Assembly: GCA_964234715.1 (NCBI GenBank)
Contig: OZ174282.1
DNA: 64,000 nucleotides
Source of the DNA: Podarcis melisellensis
Taxonomy: Eukaryota
Reading direction: 5' to 3' (one strand)
The first letter of the stretch is position 1, and the number at the start of each line of letters is the position of its first letter. A model generated the notes under the pieces. It had not been told where the DNA came from. It made no database searches and worked only from the letters and a program-made list of their open reading frames with translations. Positions 39,408 to 53,453 of this stretch are shown here, one piece after another. The position numbers and the translations under genes were made by a program.

Positions 39408-40105
39408 CTTAAGAGTTCGCAAAGAACTCAAATGTGAAAGTGCTAATCTTCTAACAAAAGTACGCAACTCACCCTGAAGATCAGCCTCCATATCTGAGGA
39501 CTGGAAAGGGGCCAATATAATACCAGTTTTTAAAAGGGCATCTTGAAAGGATTTGAGACATTACAGGCTCATTAGCTTAACATCTGTTCCAGGAAAGCTG
39601 GTGGAAAGCATAGTTAAAGATAGAATTGCCAAACATATAGAAGAACAAGTTCTGCTGAAGCAGAACTAGCATGGCATTTGCTCCCACAAGAGCCAGTGAT
39701 GGCCACAGACTTGGACAGCTTTAGAAAAATTCATGGAGGAGAGGGCTACTAGCCATTATGGCTATGTTGTCCCTCCACTATTGGAGGCAGTATGTCTGGG
39801 AATGCCAGTTGCTGGGAGTCACAGGTGGGGAGAGTGTTGCTGCTGCACCCTGGTCCCGCATGTTGGGTTTGTTAAGGAATGCAGTTAATGGGTTAATAAT
39901 TCTTCATGAGTCAGCAGAGACAACTCATTCACCAGGTACATCTTGTTACTCTCTTATCTGTGTTACTGAGCAGATTTGGCACCAGCAACAGGGTTCCCAT
40001 TATGAGAACTGTTTGGCCAGTGTAGAACAAGATGCAAGACTAGATGCAAGATGCAAGACCTTTGGCCTGATCCAGTTGCAACTTCAGGCTTCATCTGATG
40101 TTCTC
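39408..40105 (+). mobile_element. CR1 fragment with internal deletion (RT-proximal part fused to 3' end)
   Basis: RVRKELKCE..EDWKGANIIPVFK..YRLISLTSVPGKLVESIVKDRIAKHIEEQ, then an abrupt jump to 3'-end sequence at about 39680. Confidence 0.8.
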
Positions 40106-40409
40106 ACACTGCCTTTAGTCTCCACCAAGATGGTATTTGAAGAACTTGGAACCTTGGAAAGAAACACTGGCAAGGCAGGAGCGGGAACCACCCAAATGAA
40201 CTCCCAATTGGGCAACCACTTCTTTCTGTGGGCCACATTTGTTGCTACAGAATTGGCCACAGATTGAAGAGAGATAAGAAGAGTCAACTAGGTATTCTAC
40301 CAATAAGGAAATCCTAAGTGAGTTATCCTTTCTTCAAAGAAACCAGCCTCCACCGGTGCCATGTGACCTACCCACGTACATATTTTGATACGTTCTTGTG
40401 TCTTGGATC

Positions 40410-40800
40410 TTTAAATTTATTTCCCACCTTTCCACCAAATGGTGCTCCAGGTTGCTAAATGCAACAACACAAGTACAACAAGATATAATGAAACAGCAAT
40501 AAAATACAGAGTGAGGAAGAACAGAAAAATAAGGCAGATAAATCAATAAAATCAAAACCACCAGAAAAAACCAGTCTCAACATATTCTAAAGTCAGCTTA
40601 TCTGTCTAAATAAAAATGTTTTTGCCAACTAGTGTGTGGTCAAAAATTGGGCAAGCTCGTCCCCCTTGGAAATGAGTCCCAGAGACTGGGAGCAGCCACC
40701 AAGAAGCCCCTGCTTGGGGTTTCTGCCAAATGTGCATCAGATGTGAGCGTATTGAAACTGCTCCTCTAAGGAGAACCATTGAAAAGGGGTGCAAAGCTCT
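40410..40800 (-). mobile_element. L2 3' fragment (old)
   Basis: tttatttcccacctttc.. tail and ggaaatgagtcccagagactgggagcagccaccaagaagccc (L2 AFS.AAP.LWNS motif on minus strand). Confidence 0.55.
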
Positions 40801-42443
40801 CCAGAACGGCAGCCCATGGCCAATGATAATGGAAGCCCCTGCAAAATCAGCAGAACCAACAGGTACCCAATCCCCTGTCCAAGTTCCTTGTGTTCAAAGG
40901 CAACCAAACAAGTCACCAAGCCTTTGCTATGTCTCACATTACCATAAGAAACATTACAAATAAATTCAACATTATTACAATCCAAAAAAGACTAAAGTAA
41001 TTACTGTAAGAAACAGCAGTTTAGCACGACAGTAAAAAGGTGTTTAGTTTTTTTGGGGTGGCGTGGGAAACAGTGCAAAGGATAAGCAGATTAATACAGC
41101 ACTCTCACACACATAGAGCCCAAATTAATTGACCTGGACGAAGAAAACGACTTGAAGATTGTTAACTATTCTTGTAAGGTGGACAGCAAAGAGGAAGACA
41201 GTGCAGTCTGGCACATGGAAAGAGGAGGCATTGATCCTTAAGCTCCATGGGGGGAGGGGGTGGACCTGGAGGGCCTCCCCTGATGACTTGGAAGAAGGGG
41301 CAGCCAGTCCCTTATAATGAAAAAGCCCTTCCAGCCCTTTGAGCTGGGCCTGGAAACCCAGGGGGAGGTGGCGCTGTTTCAGTGCTTTTGACCTGTGTTC
41401 CAAATGCCACAGTTCCCCAGCACCACTGGTTGGCTGTTCACTTGTGTGTGTGTGCTCTCTCTCTCTCTCTCAATCCTCATTCGTCTTTCCCCTCCCCTCT
41501 ATTACCTTCACCCCTCTGTATAGCGGCTTTGTTGCTATGTATGTTGATTAATGCTAACATTCATCAAGTTTCACCCATCTGGGCTAAAAAGGGTGCCTGT
41601 GCTCTGAGATGTCCCCATTCATAAAACCTCACTTGCCCTAAGACAAAATCAGAAGCAGTTCTGGGCAGCGGCAAGGACTCCCACTATTCACAAATGGCAG
41701 AAATTAGGCACACTGCACAACTATAATGTACATCCCTTAAAAGCTTTGGGATTGATTTGCGTGGAAATATAGATTCCCTGTTAAAACTTTAGCCATTGTT
41801 TCCTTTCCTGTTGACACAAACTCTATTGAAGACCAGCCTGATGAATTGCTATGGCTTGCTCCAGAGGGGCTGCCCTGCAGTCTGTCCCAACGACACAGCA
41901 TTTCAGAAGCAGAGGAATGGGATGAGATGGGATGAAGGAGACTGGCCAGCAATAGGGAAGAGCAGGAAATGGAGTCTAGGTCTCACCCTCAAACTTCTTC
42001 TAAGCTCTCACCTGGCTCAGTTCTACTCTGCAGGCATGAGGACTCAAGGCAGGCACACAGCAAAACATTTTTGATTCCCAAACTGCCTCCTTGTTGGTGT
42101 CACAACTGTTGCTTCTCTTCTCACCTCCCACCCTCCTTCTGCATCAGTCTGGAGGTGTATAATTATCAACACAAACGCTTCCGTTCGCTCTCCCCACCCA
42201 CCAGCCGTTACTACAAGCAGAAGCTGCACAGAAGTCTTCAGGCTCCAGCTGTAGCTGGAACCACACGCTGTGGCCCTCCTCTGTGGCAAACACATTTCCC
42301 TCAAATACTGGTGCCGATTCTGCCAGGGAATCACTTGCCTTCGCCTGTCTAAAGCTGCCCTGTGCCACTTTGCACCAGGAGAGAAAAATATCCGGAGGCT
42401 GCTCAAAGCCTGTGAGATCTTTGCCAGAGACAGGGGCACTTAC

Positions 42444-42600
42444 CAGAGGAGCCAACCTGGGAAGGTTTAGTGGGAGCAGGAATGTGCAGTTCCAGTTGCC
42501 CAGGTCGTAAACTGGGGCCGTCAGGTGCCCCTTGTCCTTCTGTCTGACCTGCTGGAGAGGATGCAATCTCGGCCAAGACTTCAAGGTCCTTGAGGATAAC
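42444..42600 (-). CDS. VAC14: VAC14 exon 13 (157 nt) [52 protein letters not shown]
   Basis: ccag|GTT...TCT G|gtaagt. Confidence 0.96.
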
Positions 42601-42689
42601 CTGGAATCAAGGAATAAAAAGAGATCAAGGGGTGGCTGACAAGGCAGGCAGAGAAGACAAGGACTCCCCGTGCTCTTTTCCTGCACTTT

Positions 42690-42845
42690 CCCCAGCTCTA
42701 CAATAGCCAGTTTTGAGATACGGTAACCAGAACTGAAACCAGTATTACAAATGCAGAGGCTCTAAAGGTTTGTACAAGGTCACTTTAATATTGGCAGTTT
42801 TATTTTCAGTTCCTTTCTTAACGATCCTGAATATGGAATACTCCA
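42690..42845 (-). mobile_element. CR1 internal fragment
   Basis: ttttgagatacggtaaccagaactgaaaccagtattacaaatg corresponds to the CR1 HLEY..QFW.P.LK motif on minus strand. Confidence 0.6.
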
Positions 42846-43871
42846 TTGCAAACAAATGTTTTAATGGTCATAGCCATAATGTGCGCTCTTGAAATGCATG
42901 GATTTAAAATAATGGGAAAGTGGTTAAATCATATGAATGGAGATTAAGCCAAATACAGGATTTGAGGTGGGAGTGTGGAAGCCAAGCGATACCCAGCTGT
43001 TATTAACCTGCAGTGGGTACACCCCAAACACAATGACGGCTTCTAGTAAAACTAGCCCCTGGAAACCACAAAGGTTAAGCTGGCAAGCAGGCAGGCATGG
43101 TGTCTTTTGAACAGGTTCTGCCTTGCCCTTATGATCTGACATTCAATCCTGACTGATCTTCTGATTTCTATGAGACTCTTATGAACTCAATTCCATCCCT
43201 GCACTTGAAAGACTATGGGCAAGCTTGATGGTGCAGCTCCCACATCTCCTGCCCTGCCTAATTCTAGTTATCCAAACTGTGCAGTATAATACCTCCATGC
43301 TGCATGTCTATCCACATACACACACAAATGTCCCTTGCCGGCCACCATTTATGATGGTGGGGAAACTTACGAAGCAACGATGGAATGTCTCACTTTCCTC
43401 TTATGTGCCTTGGGCAAGGGAAGGTGGTGTAGGGATGTCACTCAGAGCATAAGCAGGACATCCCAGCAAATCTAGAGCAAATTCAAACATCCAAAGGGAA
43501 ATTTCTTCACTGGCTCCATGATGAGGACTCAGTGCAGAGGGTCCTCTGCATAGGCGTTTTAGAGGTTGTCATGCGTATGACAAGTCACTGTTGCCATTGT
43601 CAGCAGGAATTGAAGCTTTCGGGAGGATAAGGACCTGTTTTCATGCATCTCACCAGGGATGCTTTTCCAATAAATGATTACTAACTTACTAACTTACTTC
43701 ATGGCCGTAGCATCACCACCACTGCACAGGTAGCACAATCTGCCCACAGGAGCCCAGGAAGGCATTGTGCTCCACTGCCAAAACAGAGGCAGCACACAAG
43801 GTTTTAATCTGGTGACTCAATATAGGCCTCTCACTTTTGCAATGTGTCCACTCTAACCCACCTTCCCTAAT

Positions 43872-44161
43872 CACACCACACATTTGAAGCACTTTAATAC
43901 CACTCTGAACAGTCATTACTTCCCCCAAAGAACTCTGGGAGTTATAGTTTGTTAAAGGTGCTGAGAGTTGTTAGGGGAGCATCGTTAGAGCTATAAAATC
44001 CTATAAAAAAGTGGTTTAACAGTCAATCCCTCTTCAAAGGGAACTTGGGACATGGTAGCTCTGTGAGAGGAACAACTCTCCGCACCCATAGCCAACGGCA
44101 GTTCCCAGAATTACCTGGGGGAAGTCACTGACTATTTGCAGTGCTTTAAATGTATGGTGTG
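43872..44161. mobile_element. Foldback MITE (cacaccatacatttaaagcac family)
   Basis: Ends cacaccacacatttgaagcac / gtgctttaaatgtatggtgtg; related shorter copy at about 38627-38790. Confidence 0.65.
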
Positions 44162-46563
44162 AAGGTGACCTCAGTGGGTGAGCTCTGCTTCTTGCCCAGG
44201 TTCTCCTCACCTGGGGTTGGGACAAGTGAGGCTCAGTTATTCCACCGCACAGCCTGGCCTTGGAAGAGGAAGAGCGTTTGGTATATGGTAGCCTCGATCA
44301 TGAACTTTGAGCACTCTCTGCAAGCAAGGAAGGAAGGCTCCACAGGAGCAGCATGAAGTTATCTGCTCTGGCCAAGGCCCAGCACCTACATGAAGGCAAG
44401 AGGCCTCCCGCGGCTACCTCTCCTCAGCAATGGCCGGTGTCCCATTACACCCTACTGCTGAACCTATATAGACAATGTGGAACCACCTGGGAATGGCATT
44501 GAGCAGCAAGCAGCTGCGGCACCAGGAGGCTGTCAGGGGAAAGCACCAGATCTTGGCCACCGCTGCCCTGGAAGAGGAACGAGCAAACGAGTTTGCACAT
44601 ATCCATTTTTGATGTGCACTGCCTTGCCTTGTCAAGTTAGCTGGACCCCCCTGGACCCTATTCAGCCTGGCGGTTTCCACATGCAAGGCTGCCTTTGAAT
44701 GAACTGAAATGGTGCATCCTACCAAGCTCAACCAGGATGGCGGGGAGGGGGAGGGAGAGTGTTTTGCATGCGCGATGCATCTTTCCACTAAGCAAGCCTC
44801 CAGCAGGCAGCTTCTCTCTCTCCCTCTCTTTTGTGCGAGCGAAAGAATGAAACTGGAAGGGTGTAAGAAAAGCAATATCCTGCAGGAACACAAATGCCTA
44901 ACGTTGCCACGGCAACAGGCCAGGTGCCAGAAAGGCGCATCAGCTGGGTCCCATCATCTGAGAGCAGCAGAAGCAGAAGCAGCCGAGGCAGCAGCTCTTT
45001 AAGCTCCCATTATTGGACATGAAAGGGCTGAGGCCACAGAGGCCCTTCCCCTCCCCCACGGACAAGGCAGAGTGTGCGGGGGGGGGCTTCCTGGTGGGGG
45101 AAGGGGTGCAGCCCAGAAGCACAGCCACCACCACCCCTAGCATTAAGAGCCACCAGATCAGCTGGCAGAGATTATTTTTTAAAATGGGAAGGTGAGATTA
45201 CTTTTTAAGGATTTAGGCCCAAAGAAAGAAAAGCCCTAGATAAAACCGGCAGCGAGAGATGCTCCTATTCTCCGAAGGTGGGGAAAAATAATAGCATGCA
45301 TCCGTGCAAATATTAATCTGGTTTGCACAGGTCGCAGCAGCTTTTGCCCAAGTTCTACGTAATCTGGAAATCTGTTTTTATTTCTTCTCAGATGCGGGAT
45401 CTGATCAGATGTGCCTTATGGAAAAGATGAGAGCAGAGACACACCAAAGGGGGAGGGTGGAAGGAGGAACAGCCTTATTGGGAATGGCAAAGAATGCATG
45501 TGTATCACAGCATAAAGCTGAGCTTTTTTTGACATGTTTTCATGTATTTGTCCATAACCACAACGATTAGGAAACAGCGCTGCAAGGAGGTCTTGGGATT
45601 TTGCATCCAATATGTTTACTACCACTGCGGAATGGCTGAGAGTGACGGAAAGTGGAAAAAACACAGCTCAGCCTTCCACATGACACTAGCTTTGCTGAGT
45701 GGAGAGCAGAAGCATTTCAAGGAGGCGTTTTCTAGTAATGAAAATCCTGCTGCTGCTGCTGCTACTGCCTTCCCCCAATGCATGTCTGCGAGACTTCCTC
45801 TGCTAACCAGATCTAGGTCAAGTTAATGTGCCTCATGTTCCAGTTGAACCAATCTGATGTTCGCTCCACTGGCTCATGTGCAAGCTGCCGCAGTCTTGCT
45901 GAAGAGGCAGTGCATGAAAGCACACAACACACACTCCTCCTCCCAAGGCTCGAATACTCAAGAGTGCCGGGCCTCAGCACCTCGGGAGTGCATCCTGCTG
46001 CCTCTTTAAGGATGGGAACACAAAATGCCACCATGGCTGGAAAGTGGTCTGTGGGGAATGACATATCTGTCCCAGGATCAGCAGTGCAGGAACTGGTGCT
46101 GCGTGTTGGATTCAGCTCCCTGAAAATCTCTCATACCCACTGCTGCAAAAGGGGGCAATGCTGGGTCTGGGCTTTGAGGCAGAATTCCTGTAGAACTCCA
46201 GGGCTTCAGCACCCTGTGCCTGCCCTGGTCCTTCCGCACCCCTAGCATCAGAGCTACACGATACAGGTGCATTACGAGCCCTGCGTAAATGGGTCACCCC
46301 TTTCCATAAAATGAAGGCAGCTTTGCAGTACGTGCACATAGCTTATGTAGGGGCAGTGGGAATGCCATTATTCAGGAGATAACTTTGCCACAACATCAAA
46401 AAGAGAACCTCAGGGCTTGATATTGGTCTTCTTAGATCCCAGAAACACCATTTCACACAGAATCTACACACAGCAATTATTTAGCATTAGTCATTGGTGC
46501 TCTTGCATCCTCTTGCAACCTACATTTGTGCAAAGCTATCCTCTGCTGCTCACTAACAAAGGG

Positions 46564-46568
<5 letters not shown>

Positions 46569-46613
<45 letters not shown>
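46569..46613. repeat. (TC)n(AC)n microsatellite
   Basis: Seen directly. Confidence 0.95.
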
Positions 46614-47159
46614 TACAAGTCCAAAAGTCAGGATCCTGAGCAGAAACATCTGCCTGACACTGCTGTCACATCCCATCCACTCGTCCCACCGCCACCACTG
46701 GTGGGCAGGTTTCTGGTTACCAAAGGAGTCACCCTGAGCTCTCTGCCTTGCTTCCCTTGCCTCTCTGCTCCCTTCTGAAGAGGCGCGCGGTCAAGGGAGC
46801 AGAGCTGGCAAAGATAACTGGAGCTAAAGGAAATGAAGCTGGCCTCTGGCAGACCTCCAGCGCTCAGGCAGACGTGACACATTCGACAGCAACTGAGAAG
46901 CATCTTCCCTTCATGAAAAAGGAGCTGCTGCTGCTGCTTCCCCCTCACTTCCTACCATCCGCAGTGAGCAGTATCTCAAAGGATAGAGGCCTCCTTATAC
47001 TTGGGATAGGCAGGGTGATGATGCAACTTGTGAGTTAGCCCCAACCACAGAAAAGCCAGTGGGGGAAGCTCCAGATCCTCCTTGAGAAAGAATGGGAAAA
47101 GGTACTGCTGCTGCCCCAATCCGCTGCCACGTGGCTCAGTTCCCCAAGTATTAGCACGT

Positions 47160-47720
47160 CTATTTATTTAAGTATTTATAGGCACATAAAAACATGGCAA
47201 TAAAATCAACAGAAACATCAACAGAATCAATAAATACTGGCTACCAAAAAAAGAAAAGAAAAAAGAGCTCAAGTTTCAAAAACCTGTCTAAATAACAGTG
47301 TTTTCAGAAGATGATTACAAGAGGGCAGGGATTGTTTTTGCCGAGCCCTCTATTGGCAGTGAGTTCCACAAGCCAGCCAAGCCCACCAGAAGCACCCCAT
47401 TACAGGATCTCAGTGACGGAGGTGGAGAACAACAGACCAAGCAAGTCCTTGAGTTACTTTTGGTCCAGGTTGTTTACGGCTAACACAAGAACCCTGAATC
47501 AGCAACCAGTGCAGCTCTCTCAGTGCCGAGTAACATGCTGCCAGTAAATCTGCTCTTGCGGGCAGCTTTGCCGCCTCATTCTGGGCAACCCAGCCGGATG
47601 TGCAGGGTAGAAATAATAAAATTATTATTATTCTGCACTAGTTGCAGCTTCCAGACCAGCTACAAGGCAGCCCCACACAATGTGTGTTACAGCGATCAAG
47701 TCCCGAGGTTAGCAATGCAT
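47160..47720 (-). mobile_element. L2-like fragment (old)
   Basis: tatttatttaag tail, ggcagtgagttccacaag, ttgcagcttccagaccagctacaaggcagccccacacaatg (LP..LVWKLQL on minus strand). Confidence 0.55.
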
Positions 47721-49590
47721 GGGCCATTGTGGCGAGGCCATCCTGGCCACAGAAGTCACCTGGGCATCTAGGTGACAAACACGGACTGAGGAATGTCCTC
47801 CAGCTTAATGTTCAGATCAACTGCCCCTGGGCTGATGGATGAATCAGTGGAACACAACCTGCCAAGTGCAAATAGGACCGTGCTGGTAGAAACTCTTCCG
47901 CACAGGTTTCTGAATAGCAGAGGACCAGGCAACAGAAAATGCAGAGGCTGCTGCAGACTCTGAGGCCCCCTAGTGGCCAGTGCCTGACAGAACACTTGAT
48001 GCTCCCAGCTGTAGGGCAATCAAGGAGCCCAAGCTGCTCAGCCCCACTGGGAGGTGGGAGGGCTGAAGGGGCCCCATCCATCTCAAAGGATGGCGGCCTG
48101 GGCCCTGAACGCAACTCCCCTTCTGCAAGGGCAGGCGGTGAGCTCTCTCTCTCTCTCTCTGTCGCCTCAAAGGGCTCCTCAAATTAATTTTCTTTTTGTA
48201 CAACCATCAGAGAAAGAAGAAACCTGGTCAAGAACAAGATCTTCCCTATTTGGCAGACCCCCACCCAAAAAAAGAGTGCAATGTGAAGACTAAGCTTGAT
48301 CCCTCTTCCCCATTTCCAAGAGAAACCAATCAATCTTCCAGTGACAACTTAACTAGCCCCCTTTTCAATGGGGGAAAGGGATGGTGAACTTTGCCCCTTG
48401 GTCTCTGAGCCAGAAAATTTCACAGTCCCCATCCTGCTTCTGTTCAATCTGGAACTGACATTGCCAGAAAGCAGGAAAGTCCCTCCCTTCTCCCCACACT
48501 TATTTAAGCTATTGTGGCTTAACACAAATGCCAGCAAGGCCCCAAGGCGACAGCAACAGCAGCAGCAGCCACCATTAGCAGCCACAATCCACTGGGGAAT
48601 TTATCCCATGCAAGCCCCACTGAAACAAAATGGGATATGCCCAGAAGCGCCAACACCATTCTCAATGAGCCATCCACCACAACCCCAAGATCTTCCCGAT
48701 TAGTCCCCTCTAGTTCAGACCATATAGGAGAGGTTAGGAATTTTGATGACCCAACGTGCACCTTTTATTAATTCGATATTTTCTAAAGTCGAATTCATAA
48801 CCTCTGACTACCTGAATGTTTTCCCTGAGTCTAGAGTGTACACAAACTAAAAGGAGGGGTGGCAGAGGAGCTTGCCTCTCCCATGGCACCAGCTCACACA
48901 TCTGAATAAGTTGCCTGCCTCACCCCAGGGCTGCCCAGTCCCTAAAAGTGCTCTCCCATACCCACATTGTCCCTGAAGGTGCCACATTCTTCTGCAAATC
49001 CGCTGGCCTGCAAATGAAACGGCGACTCCAGGGCTACAGCGAGAACAAGGGGAAGGAAGCACATCCGAGGTCACGTCAAGCTCACCCCCCTTGTTCTTTG
49101 TAACACACCAAAGTCCCAAATTTCAGCCTTGGCAAGCTGGGAGCTGGGAAACCGGGGGAAGTGCGGGCCGAAATCCAACCAAGCACAAATAAAAGCATAA
49201 ACGGATAAAGGCAGCCATTCACTTTGGCACAAGCTTTTGTTAAGCTTCATTGTACTTGGGATCTGCATCACATGGAGAAAAGCCCCATGGGACTCAGTGT
49301 GAAAAAGCCCATTCCGCAGGAAAGGCTGGGGCAAGAGGGCTTGCAGCTCTAGGCGATAACAGAGCGAGGGAGTGCAGGAAAGCCCCTCCCTCAGGAAAGC
49401 CCAGTGGCAGAGTGGGACACAGGAAAGTGGGGGAGAGCGTGAAGGTCTTCAGAAGCATTTGCAATTTGTCTCCCCACCACCCTAAATAGTTTCAGGACAA
49501 CCACATGGATGTCTCAGTACCCTGAGCAAATGCCAGTCTCTTCCCTGCCAAACGTCTCAGTGAGCGCCCCCCCAAACAAGCACCTCTCTC

Positions 49591-49651
49591 TCCTTCCTTC
49601 CTTCCTTCCTTCCTTCCTTCCTTCCTTCCTTCCTTCCTTCCTTCCTTCCTT
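49591..49651. repeat. (TCCT)n microsatellite
   Basis: Seen directly. Confidence 0.97.
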
Positions 49652-51752
49652 TCACTCACCCAGTGGCACCAGAGTCATGGGCTCGCTGTTCCCATGGGAT
49701 CCCACATTGTGGGTAAGGAGCTCAGCCTCACAGTGGTCTCAAGGATGCTCCCAGGCATCTTGACTCTGAAATCTCTAGCTTGCTGGGCAAGTAAGACACA
49801 GTGTGCCCTTGCATCAATCAATCAATCAATCAATCAACAGGTGGGACTCTTGCCAGTCAAGCATCGTAGTGCCTTATTTTCTGCCCAACCTCTAATCTGA
49901 TCAATCCACCCAAGGTACAACTTGATCTGGTTTACTATTGGAGAACAGCCCATGCCCAAGACATGCCCTGACAAACACATCCTAGGTACCTGAACACCCA
50001 TTAGCATCCATTGAGGTTAGGATCCTCCATGCAAAACATGCACCTCCATGCAAAGTATGCAGCTGGAACCCCTTCTTGCGCATCATGCATTTTGGCTCTC
50101 AATACGCCCAGTGGGAAAGCTCAGATCCAACTAGTACTCCAGCTCCCCTTTGTTGCAGGGGGAAACCCTTCCTTGAGTAGCCAGGAAAAAAATTCTGCTT
50201 CTAAATGTTAGTGGTCTATTCAAGCCCATTCAATTCAATTCATTCCAGCTTTGTCTGCTCAAGGCTGGCTTTTGGGCAACCTCAGTTGTTCCACTCCTTG
50301 TTAGCATTGCCTCCCTTTCTACTTGCCTTTCCTCCCTCCTGTCTTTTTAAATCTGCTTAGGGAGGGCTCCAGGAGAGGCACAAAACACAGAGACATCTTT
50401 CACAGCCATACAGATGCAATACAGAGCTCAAGAAAACCTTCAGGGGCTCAGCCTACCACCACTCTCCCAAACTACCTTTTCTCTGGTTGTTTGCTGGCAG
50501 CAATACATATTATCAATGAAGAGGCAGAGGTTCAGGCAGCTTAAGTAACTCCAGGGGTCCAAGTGCCAAGACAAACTCCTGATTAACTGCAACCCACCCA
50601 CCCAGCCAAAGAAGACTCACTCCCCATCTGGGAATAGGTTATATCTGAGCTTTTCTCTCACACAGGTACTGATGCTGCTTTGCAGAGATGTGTGTTTGCA
50701 TCCTTCTTTCCCCTCCAATGCAATTCAACTCCACACCTGTCTACCTGGCTCCAGCAAATCTTTACTGTCTATATTTGCTATTAGATCCCTCACATCTGTA
50801 CTGTGTCCTAGATTTAACTTCCAGGCTGCCAGTCCAAACCAAATACTATGTAAATAATCATGGCCTCCATTTGTAATAAACAGCGTTATTTCCAAACTTT
50901 GATCCGCTATCTAGTTGCTCATTCCTTTCAGTGTAATTTGCATCACGGTATGTGACTCCAAGATTCATGTACTTCCCAAATTGTGGACAAGGACACATGG
51001 CACTAACAAAGGATGCCCTGGACCACAATGATCGCTTACTAAGGACCTGCGTGCAGGGCCTCTGCTGCGAAGTGTATCCAGCTTCATATATCTTCAGTAT
51101 CCCAACAATATCTCAGCCTCTTTGCAACAAAGAAAGTAGCAGAGAGGTCAAAGCTAGATGATAGAAAGGGCCTCATCCTGGCGCAAGATCCACCAAGTAG
51201 GAATACTTCAGCAGGCAGCTCCCTTCTTGTGAAAGTGAAGCTGAACTTGCCATGGATTTTTATTCTAGAAGATCGCAGAAAACATTCCTAAGAACCATCC
51301 CCTCCGAGTCATGAGGCAGAATCAAATTAGAAGCTTCACCAGAGACAGCAGCCTCTCAGCTTCTCTCAGGCAAATGCGACTAGTACAATTGCTTCCATTA
51401 TTCAACAGCTCAAATGCCATGGCCTCCAAGGAAAGCACCATCTGAAGTTCCACGCTGAGAATCTGTGGCTGAGGAAGGGAAACTCTGAAAGCCACTTCTT
51501 TCAATCCCCTCTTAACATGTGGGTGGTTTGACAGTGCTTCACTCTGTTTACAACCTAACCCACTAAATAGAGCTGCCCAAAAGCATCAGTGCTGAGGAGA
51601 CAATGAATTTGATGAACTTTTCACCTGTGGTCTGAGTAGCCTACTAGCCACTTTTACTCTCTCAATACACAGGTTGTTTATATATATATATATATAAAAG
51701 CACAAATAAAATAAATGGAGTTAAATGTTTCCAGTGCAGGATTTATGCTCAC

Positions 51753-51818
51753 CTCATCAGACTCATCAGATAAGGTCTTTAACAAGATGGGAAACAGGCT
51801 GTCTGTATGCCGGAACAT
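51753..51818 (-). CDS. VAC14: VAC14 exon 12 (66 nt) [22 protein letters not shown]
   Basis: tttcag|ATG...GAG|gtgagc; not in ORF track. Confidence 0.96.
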
Positions 51819-53453
51819 CTGAAAGGCAAAAGAAGTCCATAACAGTCACAGAAGTCACTGTGTCTGGTGCTCTGGCAGAGGCTGCCACCAAAACAGCAAA
51901 GGCTGCCTCCAGGTTTAAGAGCATCCCAGTCCTTGTGCTGGAAAGATGCCCTCCTTTCCTGCAAGCTTACCAAACAAACTCTGCACCTGAGGCCAGAGTC
52001 ACCAACTAGAGGAAGGGCTTCTTCCTTTGAAAGGTATTCTATTGCTTTTTGATATATTGAACTAGGTTGCACATAACACTCAGCCAAACTGTGTTTTAAC
52101 ATGAACACGCAGAGAGGAGACAAACCATGCAGCCAAGGCTTTTCTTGATTTACAGCTCATGGTTTGTCTGCAGTGAGGCCCCAGGTTCAGAGCTCTTTCC
52201 ACGCCAAACCACAGCTTAGGTCAGGGCAGCGCAGCAGCACTGGAGGGAGAGAAAATCAGCTGTGATCTCCTCTCCGGGAGCCTGTGTGTTCACACTGAAG
52301 CATGGCTTGGTTTCTCAGAACCTTAGCACTTTCAGCAGACTCTATGTAAAGCAAGAAACAATTTGGGCTTCCATCCATCACAAGCAGCTTTATTACCAAG
52401 CCAATCAACACCAAAGTGTGTGGGAGGGGGGAGCAGAAAAGCTGGAGGAGAAAAGAAAGAAAACTTCTGCAATGGAATGTTCCAAAAAGAGCTCCCAAAT
52501 TACTCTGACTCAACAACTGTGCCTCACTTAATAAAAAAAATTAGTTCCTTCTGGGCTGAAAAAGCACATGTATCAGGAGTGCAATGCTATACAGTGGTAC
52601 CTCAGTTTTCGAACAGCTTAGTTCCCAAACAACTTGGAACTTGAACACAGCAAACGCAGAAGTCAGTGTTCTGGTTTGCAAACTTTGCTTCAGAAGCTGA
52701 ACGTGGTCCTGAGCTTCCATTTTCACTGTTGCAATGCTAATTTGCGGGGGGGCCCCCATTGTAATCAAAGCCTTTTCCCTCCCGTTTTCACTGTTGCGCT
52801 GCTAATTTGTGCCCCCCATTGTAATCAAAGCCTTCCATTTCTGACTGCAGTGTTCTGTGGTGATATTTGGAGCTTGTATTTGGTGCTTTTGTTTTTGCTA
52901 TTTTTTGCATTTTCGTTTGTGTGGCTTTTTTGTTTTGTGACTGTGGCTTGTTCTTTGTTTTATGATTGATTGATTGATTGATTGATTGAGTGACTGCAGA
53001 AATGGATAAAAGCCCCCATCTAAACAATGACTATCATCAGTGCAGGTAATTTTAATTTTTATCATCTACTATACTGTCTTATTTATTTTATAGTACTGTA
53101 CAGTACATTTATTGCTTTCATTTTATGGCTCAATGGTCTCATTGGATAATAAAATTCATGTTAAATTACTGTTTTAGGGGTTGTTTTCTAAAGTCTGGAA
53201 CAGATTAATCAGTTTTGCATTACTTTCTATGGGAAAGCACGTCTTGGTTTTGGAATGCTTTGGTTTTGGAACAGACTTCTGGAACAGATTAAGTTTGAGA
53301 ACCAAGGTACCAATGTATTCTTAAGAGGCAAGCTTGCTTTCCAAAGCTTTAAAAATAGCATTTGCTCTTCAAGGAAGAGTCAGGAGGAAAACAAACTCTA
53401 ATGTGGGCCAATGGCCATGCTGCAGGCCTGATCTGATCAATGAGCAGACTTGC
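51819..53453 (-). other. VAC14: GC-AG intron 11
   Basis: Donor AAG|GCAAGT, otherwise perfect consensus; needed to join ...TPRK to MFRH... Confidence 0.88.
52592..53315. mobile_element. Tc1/mariner (Tigger/pogo-like) MITE, 724 bp
   Basis: TA|CAGTGGTACCTCAGTTTTCGAAC ... revcomp CATTGGTACCTTGGTTCTCAAAC|TA; TA target site on both sides. Confidence 0.85.

Noticed and set aside
43680-43698. Tandem ACTAACTT (QKI/branch-point-like motifs)
   Set aside because: On the plus strand, so absent from VAC14 pre-mRNA; likely slippage.
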